Positions 1 through 10,600 of a stretch of DNA of 64,000 nt are shown piece by piece. Both the position numbers and the translations under genes were made by a program. This DNA is from an uncultured Verrucomicrobiae bacterium (lineage in GTDB: Bacteria > Verrucomicrobiota > Verrucomicrobiia > Limisphaerales > JAHDYP01), in assembly GCA_963765535.1 (NCBI GenBank), contig CAVXWU010000017.1, forward strand, positions 160,199-224,198, written 5' to 3'. The notes beneath the pieces are model-generated. The model did no database searches. It was not told where the DNA came from and saw only the letters and a list, made by a program, of their open reading frames with translations. The first letter of the stretch is position 1. Every line of letters begins with the position of its first letter.

Positions 1-1
1 G

Positions 2-874
2 GGAACCAATCCCGATGCTATTGAAGCGTGGGCGTTCGATCCGATCGCGCTGGAAGCTTTACTGCGGCGTTTGTCCAAGCATCGTCGTGTGCTGCTGTTG
101 TCGGGCGATGTGCACTACTCCGCCGCTACCGAGATGTCCTATTGGACCCAAGGCGAGGCCGTGCCGGCGCGCATCGTTCAGTTCACCGGCAGCGGTTTCA
201 AGAACGTGATGCCATGGTACATCGGCGCGGTCGATCGTGTGCTCTCGTTCGCGCAGCGCATGGTGCGCTCCGAGATCGGCGCCGAACGGATGGGATGGAA
301 TGCGGCCGACGACAAGGCGTTCGTTTTGGCGAGCGGGACGAGTTTGGCCGATGTGCCGCCGGTGCTGCGCCGCAAGTTGCGTCAGTCGCCGATGCTCATG
401 CCGACCTTCGGCTGGCCCGAAGGCACGACCGTCGCGCCGAACAAGCTGCCGGACTGGTCGTGGCGGCTCAAACCGGCGCTTGATCTGCGTCCGGATGCCG
501 AGCGTCCAACGCCGAGCCGGCCGCGCCCGCTTGTGCCTGACGAAGCCCGCATTCAGGCCTTGCTGGCCAATCACGTCGATCCCGGCCGAGAGCTTTCCGC
601 CTATGCGACGATTGCGGCGCGACATCAGGATCAGTTCGAGAAGCTGCGTCATGCGCGGCAGATCCTCTTTCGCTCGAACTTCGCGCTCGTGCGCTTCGAA
701 CGCGGTCCGGCGCTCGCCGCGGTGCACGAGGTCTACACGGCGCTGCCTGATCCTGATGCGCCGGCCGATGCGGCGCCGAAGCCATTCGCGTATATGATCC
801 AGCGCGCCTCGCTCGATGGCGATTCCAACGAAATACGCCCGGAACTCGCGCCCTTCCATCCGCCGGCATTCTGA
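2..874 (+). CDS. PhoD-like / calcineurin-fold metallophosphatase, C-terminal part (5' end outside window)
   Basis: The reading frame is open from the window edge (GTNPDAIEAWAFDPIALEALLRRLSKHRRVLLLSGDVHYSAATEMSYW...). The 'M' at 71 in the ORF track is an internal TTG. 'VLLLSGDVHYS' resembles the GD(V/I)H metal-ligand block of PhoD-type phosphatases. The stop is at 872-874, 11 nt before the next ORF. Confidence 0.5.
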   Translation, partial: GTNPDAIEAWAFDPIALEALLRRLSKHRRVLLLSGDVHYSAATEMSYWTQGEAVPARIVQFTGSGFKNVMPWYIGAVDRVLSFAQRMVRSEIGAERMGWNAADDKAFVLASGTSLADVPPVLRRKLRQSPMLMPTFGWPEGTTVAPNKLPDWSWRLKPALDLRPDAERPTPSRPRPLVPDEARIQALLANHVDPGRELSAYATIAARHQDQFEKLRHARQILFRSNFALVRFERGPALAAVHEVYTALPDPDAPADAAPKPFAYMIQRASLDGDSNEIRPELAPFHPPAF

Positions 875-885
875 ATGTTTTTGCC

Positions 886-3800
886 ATGGCTGAACCCACC
901 AACAAGAAAGACGACAAGACGCTGCTGCAGAAAGCCGCCGGCTGCATTGTCGATTTCGGTGAATGGATGTTCGAACATTTCATCGTCGACCCGCACAGCC
1001 GTGCATTGACCGCGCTGGTCGACGATCTCGGCGGCACGCTGAAGGAACCGCCGAAGTTCCCGACTACGTTCAATCTCGCCCAACTCAAGGCCTACCTCGA
1101 AGCGCCGCGTCCGGACCTCGAGGCGTGGATCGGCGGGATCCGCGACATCGCCAAGCTGATTGAGTGTGTGCGGGCGATCAAGGACGCGGTCGAGCTCGGG
1201 GGCGAACCGGCGACGGAAGAATTCGTGCAGTCGGCGCTCGACCTGATGGCCAGCAACTACGTGCGCGATCGCTGGTTCCACCTGTTCGTTGTGATGGAGC
1301 TCCTCCGCTTCAGCTCCGAGCCGATGACCCTCTACGGCCCGCACGGCACCGCCGGCCAACGCTTCTACGGCTCGCTCAAGTCGATCGTCAAATTCGCGCT
1401 CGGCCCGATCGCCGCCGTGTGCGAGCACCCGCTCGAAACCGAGGCCGATGCGCGCAAGCTCTCCGACCAAACGCTGCTCCACCTTGCCGCCGTGTTTGCG
1501 TTCATGGGCAATTCCGCCCGTGAAATCGGCCTCGATGCGATGCCCGAGGACGAACATTGGATCCGGATGTTCTACGGCTGGGATGAGCCGAAGGGCGCAT
1601 TGACCGAGCTGCAGCGCGAAGCCCCGGCCGCCGACGACGTATCGGAGCGGATGCTTTCCGTGCAGGTGCGCAAGCCGCCCGAATCATTCCAGGACGACGC
1701 GATCGATATCGAAGGGGCACTGCGCTTCTCTCTCGGCTGGGTGCCGGCGGAGCATGGCGGACCCGGATTGTTCGTTTCGGTTGGTGGCAGCGCGTTCCGT
1801 TTCTTTGTCGATTCGGAACCCGCGGCATGGGCCGCGCAGGCCGACGTGCGATTCGACGCTCCATTCAGCATCCAGATCGGTGGCGAGAAAGCGCTGCGGA
1901 TCGACGGCGTGCTGGATGATGGGGAGCTTCACGCCGATCTTGCCGTCGCCTCGAAGCCAATGCCGGCGGGAGAGCGCCGCTTCAAGTTTTCGGTCAGCGG
2001 CGACAACGGGCTCGAGATCGGCCGGATCGCCTTGTCGGGGGTTCTCGATCAGGAATCGGCGCGCGGGCAGCTTTCGTTCTACGATTGCCGGTTGGCGCTC
2101 GATGGCACGTCGTTCGACGATTTCATCGGTTCGCTGCTGCCGAAAACCCAGACCAGCGTCGAGTTCAGTTTTGGCGTCGGCATTTCGACGCGCGATGGGT
2201 TTTTCATCACCGGCGATCTCTCCACGCCATCGGCGGCATCGGCCTCGCCGCCGGCGGAAACCCGATCCGGTTCAGCGCCGGCAGAAGCGCGGCCTGCGAT
2301 CAAGCCTCCGGATCTCCCGGTCACTTCGACCGGATTGAAAGGCCGCGGCATTCCGATTCAGATTCCGATCGGCAAGAGCGTCGGTCCGGTGCGCCTGCAT
2401 CACGCGCTGCTGAATCTCGACCGGGACACGAGTGGAGATTCGCCGAAGATGCTCCTTCAGGCGGCGGTGTCGTTCAGCGGGCAGATCGGGCCGGTCCTCG
2501 CGACCGTTGACCTTCTCGGGGTCAAACTCGCAATCGATTTTCCTGACGATCGATCGAAGGCGAATCTGCATTTCGCGCAGGTGGACGTGGGCTTCGTTCC
2601 ACCGGCGGGAATCGGGCTGGCGGTGGATGCCAAGAGCGTCAAAGGCGGCGGCTTCTTGTTTCGGAACGAAGCGAAGCATCAGTATGCCGGAGTTATGGAG
2701 CTGAGTCTGTCGGGCGTCATTGCGCTCAAGGCGATCGGATTGCTGTCGACCCGGCTTCCCGACGGCAGTAAAGGCTATTCGCTGATCATTCTCGTCACGG
2801 GGCAGACTGCAGAGCCGGGGGGATCCTTGCTGCAATTGCCGCTCGGCTGGCGGCTCACCGGCATCGGCGGGTTGATCGCGATCCATCGCACCGTGGATGA
2901 AGACGCGTTACGCATCGGCCTCAAGGATCACACGCTCGAATCGATTCTTTTCCCCAAGGATCCGGTGCGGAATGCCCCAACCATTCTCGCGGCGCTCGAT
3001 CGTGTTTTTCCGCCCAAGCGCGGCAGTTATCTGTTTGGACTCATGGTGCAGCTTCAGTGGGGTTTGCCGACGCTGATCGAGTTGAATCTCGGGCTCATCC
3101 TGGAATTGGGGGGGCGCAATCGCTTTGTTGTTCTGGGCCGAATGACATCGATTCTGCCGCGACGCGATAACGATCTGTTGCGGTTGAACCTCGATGCCGT
3201 CGGCATCTTCGATTTCGATCAAGGCACGGTGGCGATCGACGCGTTGCTGGTCGACTCCCGGTTGTTGCGGCGTTTCCCCCTGACGGGCGCCGGGGCGTTG
3301 CGCGCGCGCTGGACCTCACCACGCAGTTTCGCCCTCGCCGTCGGTGGAATGCATCACGGATTCACCCCGCCGGCGGGATTCCCCGCCCTCGAACGCGTTG
3401 CGCTGAGTCTCACCACGGGCGACAACCCGCGTCTGACGTGCGACGCGTATTTCGCGCTGACGTCGAACACGGTGCAGTTTGGCGCCCACGCCCATCTGTA
3501 TGCCGCCGCTTACGGATTCAACGTGACCGGCGAAGCGGGCTTCGACGTGCTGATTCAACTGCTGCCGTTTCATTTTCTCGCCGAGTTCTACGCCAGCATG
3601 CAGTTGCGCAAGGGCTCGCGCAATTTATTCAAGGTGAAGGTCGAGGGCGCGCTGGAAGGACCGTTGCCGCTCGCGGTCCGCGCGAAATGCACGTTCGAGA
3701 TCTTTTGGTGGGACGTATCGATTCGCGTCAATGTCACACTGGTCAGCGGCCAGGCGCCCCCGGTGGCGATCGCCGTGGATGCGTCGGCGCAACTCCGCGC

Positions 3801-4533
3801 CGCGCTCGCCGACCCCAAGAGCTGGAGCGCCGAGCTGCCTCAAGGGCAATCGCGCATCGTTTCACTGCGCGAACCCGCGGCTGACGGCCAGCCCTGCGTG
3901 CATCCGTTGGGCACGCTCACCGTCCGCCAAAGCGTGGTGCCCCTGAATCTGGAACGCGACATCGACAAGTTCGGCGATGCGCCGGTGGCCGGCGCCCGCC
4001 GTTTCAAAGTCACGCGTGTCACTGTGGGAACTGGCGAGGAATCGGCCAACGCCGTGGCGGACGATTTTGCGCCCGCTCAATTTTTCGAAATGAGCGACGA
4101 TGCCAAGCTTGCGAGCCCGTCGTTCGAGTCGATGCAGGCGGGGCTGCGTATCGGTTCGTCGCAGTTCGCGTTCGGCTTCTCGGAACGCATCGAGTCGCCA
4201 CTCGAATACGAGACGCGCATCATCGATCGTAAAGCGGCCGTGCCGCCTCCGGCGCCAACGCGCGATTACCGTCTGAGCGAGGCGCTGCTGCAAATCCATG
4301 CGCGGCACGGCGCCGCTGGCCGCAGCAAGCTGCGTTCGGCGCGTCCCGCGACGGCGAAACCGTTTGCCAGGATCGAGCCGGCGCGCTGGAACGCGGTCGA
4401 TGAAGACCTGGCGCCATTGCCCAACGCGAAACGCGACGTCACCTTCGTCGAGGCGTTGGGCAGCGCGGCACTCAAGCGCCAACGCATGGTCGTGCGCGAG
4501 TTCGAGTTGGCGCAAACGGAGGAGCCGCAATGA
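886..4533 (+). CDS. giant hypothetical protein B (1215 aa), family not recognised
   Basis: Uninterrupted 3.6-kb ORF with an ATG 11 nt after the upstream stop. Its stop overlaps the next start (ATGA at 4530-4533). I see no signal peptide, long hydrophobic segment, Walker A or HExxH. A Pro/Ser/Ala linker (STPSAASASPPAETRSGSAPAEARPAIKPPDLP) splits the protein. Distinctive blocks are GGMHHGFTPPAGFPALERV and FEIFWWDVSIRVNV. Confidence 0.85.
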   Translation: MAEPTNKKDDKTLLQKAAGCIVDFGEWMFEHFIVDPHSRALTALVDDLGGTLKEPPKFPTTFNLAQLKAYLEAPRPDLEAWIGGIRDIAKLIECVRAIKDAVELGGEPATEEFVQSALDLMASNYVRDRWFHLFVVMELLRFSSEPMTLYGPHGTAGQRFYGSLKSIVKFALGPIAAVCEHPLETEADARKLSDQTLLHLAAVFAFMGNSAREIGLDAMPEDEHWIRMFYGWDEPKGALTELQREAPAADDVSERMLSVQVRKPPESFQDDAIDIEGALRFSLGWVPAEHGGPGLFVSVGGSAFRFFVDSEPAAWAAQADVRFDAPFSIQIGGEKALRIDGVLDDGELHADLAVASKPMPAGERRFKFSVSGDNGLEIGRIALSGVLDQESARGQLSFYDCRLALDGTSFDDFIGSLLPKTQTSVEFSFGVGISTRDGFFITGDLSTPSAASASPPAETRSGSAPAEARPAIKPPDLPVTSTGLKGRGIPIQIPIGKSVGPVRLHHALLNLDRDTSGDSPKMLLQAAVSFSGQIGPVLATVDLLGVKLAIDFPDDRSKANLHFAQVDVGFVPPAGIGLAVDAKSVKGGGFLFRNEAKHQYAGVMELSLSGVIALKAIGLLSTRLPDGSKGYSLIILVTGQTAEPGGSLLQLPLGWRLTGIGGLIAIHRTVDEDALRIGLKDHTLESILFPKDPVRNAPTILAALDRVFPPKRGSYLFGLMVQLQWGLPTLIELNLGLILELGGRNRFVVLGRMTSILPRRDNDLLRLNLDAVGIFDFDQGTVAIDALLVDSRLLRRFPLTGAGALRARWTSPRSFALAVGGMHHGFTPPAGFPALERVALSLTTGDNPRLTCDAYFALTSNTVQFGAHAHLYAAAYGFNVTGEAGFDVLIQLLPFHFLAEFYASMQLRKGSRNLFKVKVEGALEGPLPLAVRAKCTFEIFWWDVSIRVNVTLVSGQAPPVAIAVDASAQLRAALADPKSWSAELPQGQSRIVSLREPAADGQPCVHPLGTLTVRQSVVPLNLERDIDKFGDAPVAGARRFKVTRVTVGTGEESANAVADDFAPAQFFEMSDDAKLASPSFESMQAGLRIGSSQFAFGFSERIESPLEYETRIIDRKAAVPPPAPTRDYRLSEALLQIHARHGAAGRSKLRSARPATAKPFARIEPARWNAVDEDLAPLPNAKRDVTFVEALGSAALKRQRMVVREFELAQTEEPQ

Positions 4534-7463
4534 GCGATGCCAGTGTCGTCTTCCTGCCGTGGGTGCGACAAGGTCTGGCGGCGCGGATCGCGACGGCCGA
4601 TCCGTTGACGGCGCCACTGCCGGCGCAGGCGCCGCTCGACATCGCGCTGGCGGTGAACAACTCGAACGCGGCCTCGATGGGCGTGCGGCTGATTGGACCC
4701 GCCGATGTCCTGGGCATCGACCCGCGACAAGTCATCCGCACCGAGCCGCCGGCCGGCACGGACAACTATGAATCGAACGACCTCGCCGCCATCGAGTTTG
4801 ACAATCCGGATCTGCCGTGGCTGTTCACACCGGCGGCGGCCGGCGCGCAGGGTCGATTGCGTCCCTGGCTGGTCCTGGTGGTCGTGCGCAAGACGGACGG
4901 CGTGCGGCTGCGACCGCCGCGCGATGAACCCCTGCCAGTGCTGGAGATTGCACCGCCGGCCTTGCCGTCGGCGGAGTTGCCGGATCTCGCAGACTCGTGG
5001 GCCTGGGCGCATGCGCAGCTCGGCACGCACGAAAACGCCACGGAAGACGATTTGCGCGCCGTGCTCGACTCGCGCCCGGAGCTGTCGGTCTCGCGGCTGT
5101 TGTCGCCGCGATTGCTCACCGCGTTCACCGATTACATTGCGTGCGTCGTGCCGGCGTTCGAGACGGGACGGCGCGCGGGGCTGGGTCAGAGCGCGGACGC
5201 GAACGCGGCGCTGACGCCGGCCTGGATGAGCGGCGCGAACGCTCCCGGGACGATTGCCTTGCCGGTGTACTACCACTGGGAATTCCGCACCGGTGCGCGC
5301 GAGGACTTCGAGTCGATCGTAGCGCGCCTTGCCCCGCGCGATTTCACCGATACGGTGGGGCGTCGGGCGATGGACATCACCACGCCGGGATTCGCGGTGC
5401 CGGCGACGATCACCCCGCTCGCGATGCTCGAAGGCGCGTTGCAGCCGATCCAGGCGCCGCGCGCGGTTTTCCCCGACGCGGCAACGATGCCGTGGCAAGA
5501 GTCGCTCCGATCGATCCTCAATACCGCCAACTCGCATTCCACGGCGGCCGATGCCGAGCCGGTGCTCGGGCCGCCGATCTACGGCCGCTGGATCGCCAAC
5601 CGTCACGAGGTCGGCACTCTTCCCACCGGAAACTGGCTCGACGAGTCGAATCTCGATCCGCGCGAGCGGGTCGTTGCCGCTTTGGGCACGCGGGTCATTC
5701 AGGAACAGCAGGAAGACCTGATGGCCGATGCGTGGGAACAAGCCGGCGAGATGGCGCGGGTGAACCAGCGACTGCGACAGATGCAACTGAGCCTCGCGAT
5801 CACCCGCAGCCTGCATTTGCGCCATGTCCAACGCATGATCGACGATGACACGCTCTGGCGATTCGCGGCGCCCGCGCAGTCGCGCTTGCTGATGCCCGGC
5901 GTCACGGGGGTCACGATGCGATCGATGCTGGCCTCCTCATCCACGCCGCACGTGGTCACCTCGGCCGCGATGCGACGGTTGTCACGTCCGCGCGGTGCGA
6001 TCAGCCGGCGCGCGGCTGTTGCGGTGCGCGCGGCGGGCATTCAAGCACCGGCGACCTCGGACACCGTTGGCGTCGCGTCCATGTTTCGGCTCTACGACGC
6101 GCAACGCTGGGTCATGATGTTTACCCTGCCGCAGACCCGCGGCATGGTGACTTTCGATGCGGTCACCAAGCGGCTGCCCGCCCAGTTCGCCGGCATGACC
6201 TACGCCCGCGCAACCGACGCCGCCGTCGCGTCCATGCCGGGGCGTCCCGCGTTTGTCGTGACCGCCGAACCGGCTCCCGTCATCGGTGGTTTGCATGCCG
6301 ATGTGCAGGGCGGCGGTCGTGTTGTGACGGCCGCGCTTCCCTCGCACTTAAGGCTGCGACCACGCGACGATGATTTCCCCGAGCCGCCGGACACCGAGCC
6401 TCCCCGGCCGACGGATCCCCTGCCACGACCGCCTCGTGTCGACACCGCCGACGCCAAGGCATTTCGTCAGGCGGCGGTCCGACACCTCGGAGTCGTGAAT
6501 CCACAACAGCCGCTCATTTTCGTTCGGGCGGTCAAGCGCCCGGCCCTCAATTTCGCCGCCGCGCGGGTTCAAGTGCGTGATCTGCTTGACCCGACGCCGG
6601 TATTCAAGCTTCGCGTGGCAGCGACAATTCGCATCGAAGGCGCCGAGGCGCCGCCCGAAGTCGGACCCATCGGCAGCGCACCGGTTTTTCCCCAGCCCAT
6701 GTCCGAGGCGCTGGCCGTGCTATCGCAGGACTGGCTGTTGCCCGGACTGGAGCGCGTGCCGGTCGACAGCGTGGCGCTGCTTGAGCCGAACGAGCGGTTC
6801 ATCGAGGCATTCATGCTCGGTCTGAACGTCGAGATGGGACGCGAGCTGTTGTGGCGCGACTACGCCGTAAACGATCCGCGCGCGACGTTTTTTCGCCGCT
6901 TCTGGCGCGCGGTGAATCCGCAGGGCGACGGCGACATCGCACCGCTCGCCGAATGGGCGGATCGGCATCTCGGAGAGAACCAGGCGACAGAGAATCCATC
7001 GAAGCAAACCGTGCTGCTCGTGCGCAGCGTGTTGTTCCGCCGATATCCAAGCGCGAGCGTCTACGCGGTGCCGGCAGTGAAGGAAGGCAACGGCAGGAAG
7101 CCCGGCCCGCAGACGAGCGAGCTCCATCCGCTATTCCGCGGCTCGCTGCAACCCGACGTCACATTCTTTGGTTTCAGCCTCGATCCCGACGTGGCGACCG
7201 GCGACCCCGGTTGGTACCTCGTCATTCAGCAGCAGCCGACCGAGCCGCGATTCGGGTTCGATGTCGAGATCGATTTCGGCACGGCGACGCACGTTGCGAT
7301 CGACGCACCCCCCGCGGGGCACACCCTGCCCGCCGGCACGACGTGGGCGTTCAATTCGGCGCACATGGCTCAGATCATCCGGCAGCAGCCGGTGCGGGTG
7401 GCCATCCACGCCACGGAGCTGATCAAACCGAACCAGCGAGGTGTCGCCTCGGACCATGCATAA
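4530..7463 (+). CDS. giant hypothetical protein C (977 aa), family not recognised
   Basis: The start is translationally coupled to B (ATGA overlap). Distinctive N-terminus: MSDASVVFLPWVRQGLA ... GPADVLGIDPRQVIRTEPP ... FDNPDLPWLFTP ... LRPWLVLVVVRK. There is a Pro-rich linker (DFPEPPDTEPPRPTDPLPRPPRV). No catalytic motif seen. Confidence 0.85.
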   Translation: MSDASVVFLPWVRQGLAARIATADPLTAPLPAQAPLDIALAVNNSNAASMGVRLIGPADVLGIDPRQVIRTEPPAGTDNYESNDLAAIEFDNPDLPWLFTPAAAGAQGRLRPWLVLVVVRKTDGVRLRPPRDEPLPVLEIAPPALPSAELPDLADSWAWAHAQLGTHENATEDDLRAVLDSRPELSVSRLLSPRLLTAFTDYIACVVPAFETGRRAGLGQSADANAALTPAWMSGANAPGTIALPVYYHWEFRTGAREDFESIVARLAPRDFTDTVGRRAMDITTPGFAVPATITPLAMLEGALQPIQAPRAVFPDAATMPWQESLRSILNTANSHSTAADAEPVLGPPIYGRWIANRHEVGTLPTGNWLDESNLDPRERVVAALGTRVIQEQQEDLMADAWEQAGEMARVNQRLRQMQLSLAITRSLHLRHVQRMIDDDTLWRFAAPAQSRLLMPGVTGVTMRSMLASSSTPHVVTSAAMRRLSRPRGAISRRAAVAVRAAGIQAPATSDTVGVASMFRLYDAQRWVMMFTLPQTRGMVTFDAVTKRLPAQFAGMTYARATDAAVASMPGRPAFVVTAEPAPVIGGLHADVQGGGRVVTAALPSHLRLRPRDDDFPEPPDTEPPRPTDPLPRPPRVDTADAKAFRQAAVRHLGVVNPQQPLIFVRAVKRPALNFAAARVQVRDLLDPTPVFKLRVAATIRIEGAEAPPEVGPIGSAPVFPQPMSEALAVLSQDWLLPGLERVPVDSVALLEPNERFIEAFMLGLNVEMGRELLWRDYAVNDPRATFFRRFWRAVNPQGDGDIAPLAEWADRHLGENQATENPSKQTVLLVRSVLFRRYPSASVYAVPAVKEGNGRKPGPQTSELHPLFRGSLQPDVTFFGFSLDPDVATGDPGWYLVIQQQPTEPRFGFDVEIDFGTATHVAIDAPPAGHTLPAGTTWAFNSAHMAQIIRQQPVRVAIHATELIKPNQRGVASDHA

Positions 7464-7513
7464 ACATTTCAATTCACCAGATGCCAGTGGCCCGTCTGGC
7501 GGACCCTCGCTGA

Positions 7514-7590
7514 TAGAATCCTTGATCCAGCTAAACAACCCCATGAAAACTTGACCTTTTCGCAACACGTTCGAGCGATCAAGGATTCTA
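7514..7590. promoter_or_regulatory. perfect 14-bp inverted repeat with 49-nt spacer in the only real intergenic gap of the giant operon
   Basis: TAGAATCCTTGATC at 7514-7527 and its exact reverse complement GATCAAGGATTCTA at 7577-7590. The local sequence is visibly AT-richer than the flanks. The right arm ends 14 nt before the GGAAGG Shine-Dalgarno-like motif and ATG (7605) of protein D. Confidence 0.5.
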
Positions 7591-7604
7591 GACGGAAGGC
7601 AACG

Positions 7605-10600
7605 ATGGCCCTGCTCCCTCCCCCCAGCGATCTGACCGGATTCACCGCACCGTCTCTGCCGCCGGAACTGACGGCGTCGTTCGCCCCATCCGATCACCCG
7701 CTGCTGCTGTTGCCGGTGCGGCTGGAGACCCGCTTCTTCGCGATGGCCGACGGCACACAGGAGTTGCGCGTCCGCATCTATCCCGATCAGATTCACGTCG
7801 ATTCGCATGAACCTGCGCTCTCGGAGGACGAGCAACGGTGGGGCCAACACTTCTGGGAACAGACCTGGCGCGCCGGCCACGACGAAGCCCGCGAACGCGT
7901 CGCCTGGCAGCAGCTCGCCGATCGATTCGATGCACGGCGCGCCGCGTGGATCGCGCGAGCGTTAAGTCCGACCAACCTGCAGGATTGGCCGTCCTCGGCC
8001 ATTTCACCGGATGAACCGTTGCCGGTCGCGCCCCAGCTCAGTCCTGCCCCGAGGCTTGCAGATCCCACGGGTGGAAGCTGGCAGCGCGCACCGCTTGCAC
8101 GCGCCATGCCCCAACGCTGGATCGCGGTCGCCAGCGCGCGGGGCACGCTGGTGGCCCATGCCCTCGGAGCATCCGTCGATGCCGAGCCCGCAGTCGGTCC
8201 CAACCCGCTCGACCGGACGGATTCGGCCCCGGATCAACCGGCGATTGATGACGGCATGCGCTGGATGATCGACTTCGACGAAGCGGAAAGGCGCGGCATG
8301 GCGATGCGCCTCAAATTGCCGGCGGCGAGCGCCCAGCAAGGCATCGACGCGCTCGTCGTGTTCGGCGTGGCGGAGCTCGATCCAACAGCGGGATCGGCTG
8401 CCATTGCGGCGTTGCTCGACGCGCATCACTACACGGACGGGCTGGGTTTCCTGCGGGTGGGGACACCGACCAATAACAGCGTCGAGGCCGCGTCGGGCTG
8501 GTCGTCGCTCGATTCCATGCATGGGCGCAGCTTCGACCTGGAATGCCGGGCGCCCGAGACGCCGAACGGCAGCAACGCCGATGTCCTGGGCCATGCGCTC
8601 GGGTTCGATACCGCGGTAACGCATGCGACCTTGCGCAACCTTTGCGACGCTGCGTTGATTGAGCAAATCGACGCGCAGCAGATGGCCACGGCCTTGTGGC
8701 CGGCGACGTGGGGCTACTACTTGTTAAATCTAATCGGCTTCGATGGCACCGGCCTCACCGTCGATGCCATCGCTTGGGCGCGCGAACATTTCATCGCTCA
8801 TGTGCGAGCGTTCGGCCCGCTGCCCACGTTACGGGTGGGCCGGCAACCCTACGGCGTGTTGCCGGTGACACCGCTCGACGGGCAGCCGGCAGCGGTCACT
8901 GATGCGCGCGAGCGCTGGCTCGCGACAACGCTGAAGACGCTCTCCAACCGGCTCTGGCAACCCCGCACGCCCGACGTGCCGCGCATCGGGCGGAGCGACG
9001 ATCCCGCTCTGGATCTCTCCGCTGTGCTCCAAAGCGACGCGATCTCGCATTCCTATCGGCTGCGTTACCTGCTCGGGCCGCGTTATCTCGAACACCTGCG
9101 CAAATTCCTGGGCGAGGATCTTGCCACGTCCGGCTGGCTTGGCGCGCAGAACTCCATTGCCCGCGTGGCGCTGAATGCCCTGGGTCTCGCGTGGCATGCG
9201 CGTCTCGAGCATGCCACATTCTCCGAATCGGACATGCCGATGAATGCGCCGCTGGTGCAGGCGGGCGACCTCGAGGGCGCAGACGCGCTGCAACCAGACT
9301 ACATCGCATCGCTGCTCTCCGACCCGCCACTGCCGATGGACGAGACCGCCGTACCGCCTGCGATGCCGGCGCCCGCGACCCTGCTGCATCTGTTGTTGCG
9401 GCACTCGCTGCAGCTCGAGTACACCGCCGCCGCCGCGCGTCTGGCGAACGCCCCGGCTGGTGGAACGACACTCGCCGCGCTGTTGCACGAGCATGAGCTC
9501 GTCAACCTCAATGCGGCGACCGCCGTCACGACGTGGCGCATGCTGCTGTCGCGCCCGAGCCCGGCTACCAACAACGAACCCCCGGCCGCGTTTCTCAAGC
9601 GCCTCACCGATTTCGGCGCGTCCGAGCTCAAGCCGCTGGGTGAGTTGCGCGCCGCGCTCGCGCATCTCCAGGGACTGTCACCCGAAACACTCCGGCGTTT
9701 GCTGATCGGCACGATTGACGTCGCATCCCACCGCGTCGACGCGTGGATCACCTCGCTCGCGTCGCGCAGACTCGCGGCCCTGCGCGCGCAGAATCCTGCG
9801 GGCTTGCGCATCGGTGGTTACGGGTGGGCACTGAACCTGAAGCCCGACATCGCGGTGGCGCCGGTGGCAACGCCCCCCGGCGAGACCGGCCAGGTATGGG
9901 CAAGAACGGACGACAGCGGTTTCATCCACGCGCCATCCATCATGCAGGCGCAAGCGGCCGCCCTGCTGCGTAATGCGCATCTCACCCATTCCCGCAGCGA
10001 TGCGCAGGATCTGTTCGCCGTCGATCTGTCGTCGCGCCGCGTCCGACTCGCGAATCTGCTGCTCGATGGGGTGCGCCAGGGCCAGCCACTGGGCGCGCTG
10101 CTCGGTTATCTGTTCGAGCGACGCCTGCACGAACTGCGGCTCGATCACACGATCGACGATTTCCGTGCGGCGGCGCCGCTGCTGCCGGTGAACATCGCCG
10201 CCACGGCGAAGCCCGAAGAGTCCATCGCCGCGCGCAACGTGGTCGACGGACTCAAGCTGCGCGAGCTGCGTAACGATCCCAATGCTCCCGCCGCGCTCAA
10301 GGCGCTTTTCGCACAGTGCGCGCCCGCGCTCGAGGTCCTCGAGGATGCCGTGGACGCGGTCAGCGATGCGGCGGTGGCCGAAACGGCATTCCAGGCGGTG
10401 CGGGGCAACATCGTGCGGACGGGGGCGACCCTGCAGGCGATTGCCAGCGGCGAAGCGCCGCCGCCGGAACTCGACGTCGCGCGCACACCCCGAACTGGCT
10501 TGGCCGTGGCCCATCGTGTCGTCGTGCTGTTCAACGCCGTTGCGGCTCCCGCTGCCCCGGCGTCGCCTCGCGCGCAGGCCGAGCCGCATCTCAACGCCTG

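Noticed and set aside
4266-5831. Large antisense or out-of-frame ORFs. Examples: 4266-5831(-), 10145-11356(-), 8004-8666(-), 16347-17525(-), 25909-27447(-), 34786-35745(+), 39888-41402(-), 42615-43508(-), 57378-58331(-), 60951-61721(-).
   Set aside because: These are typical high-GC shadow ORFs. The translations are Arg/Gly/Pro/Ala-rich with no motifs, and each overlaps a well-supported gene on the other strand or in another frame.
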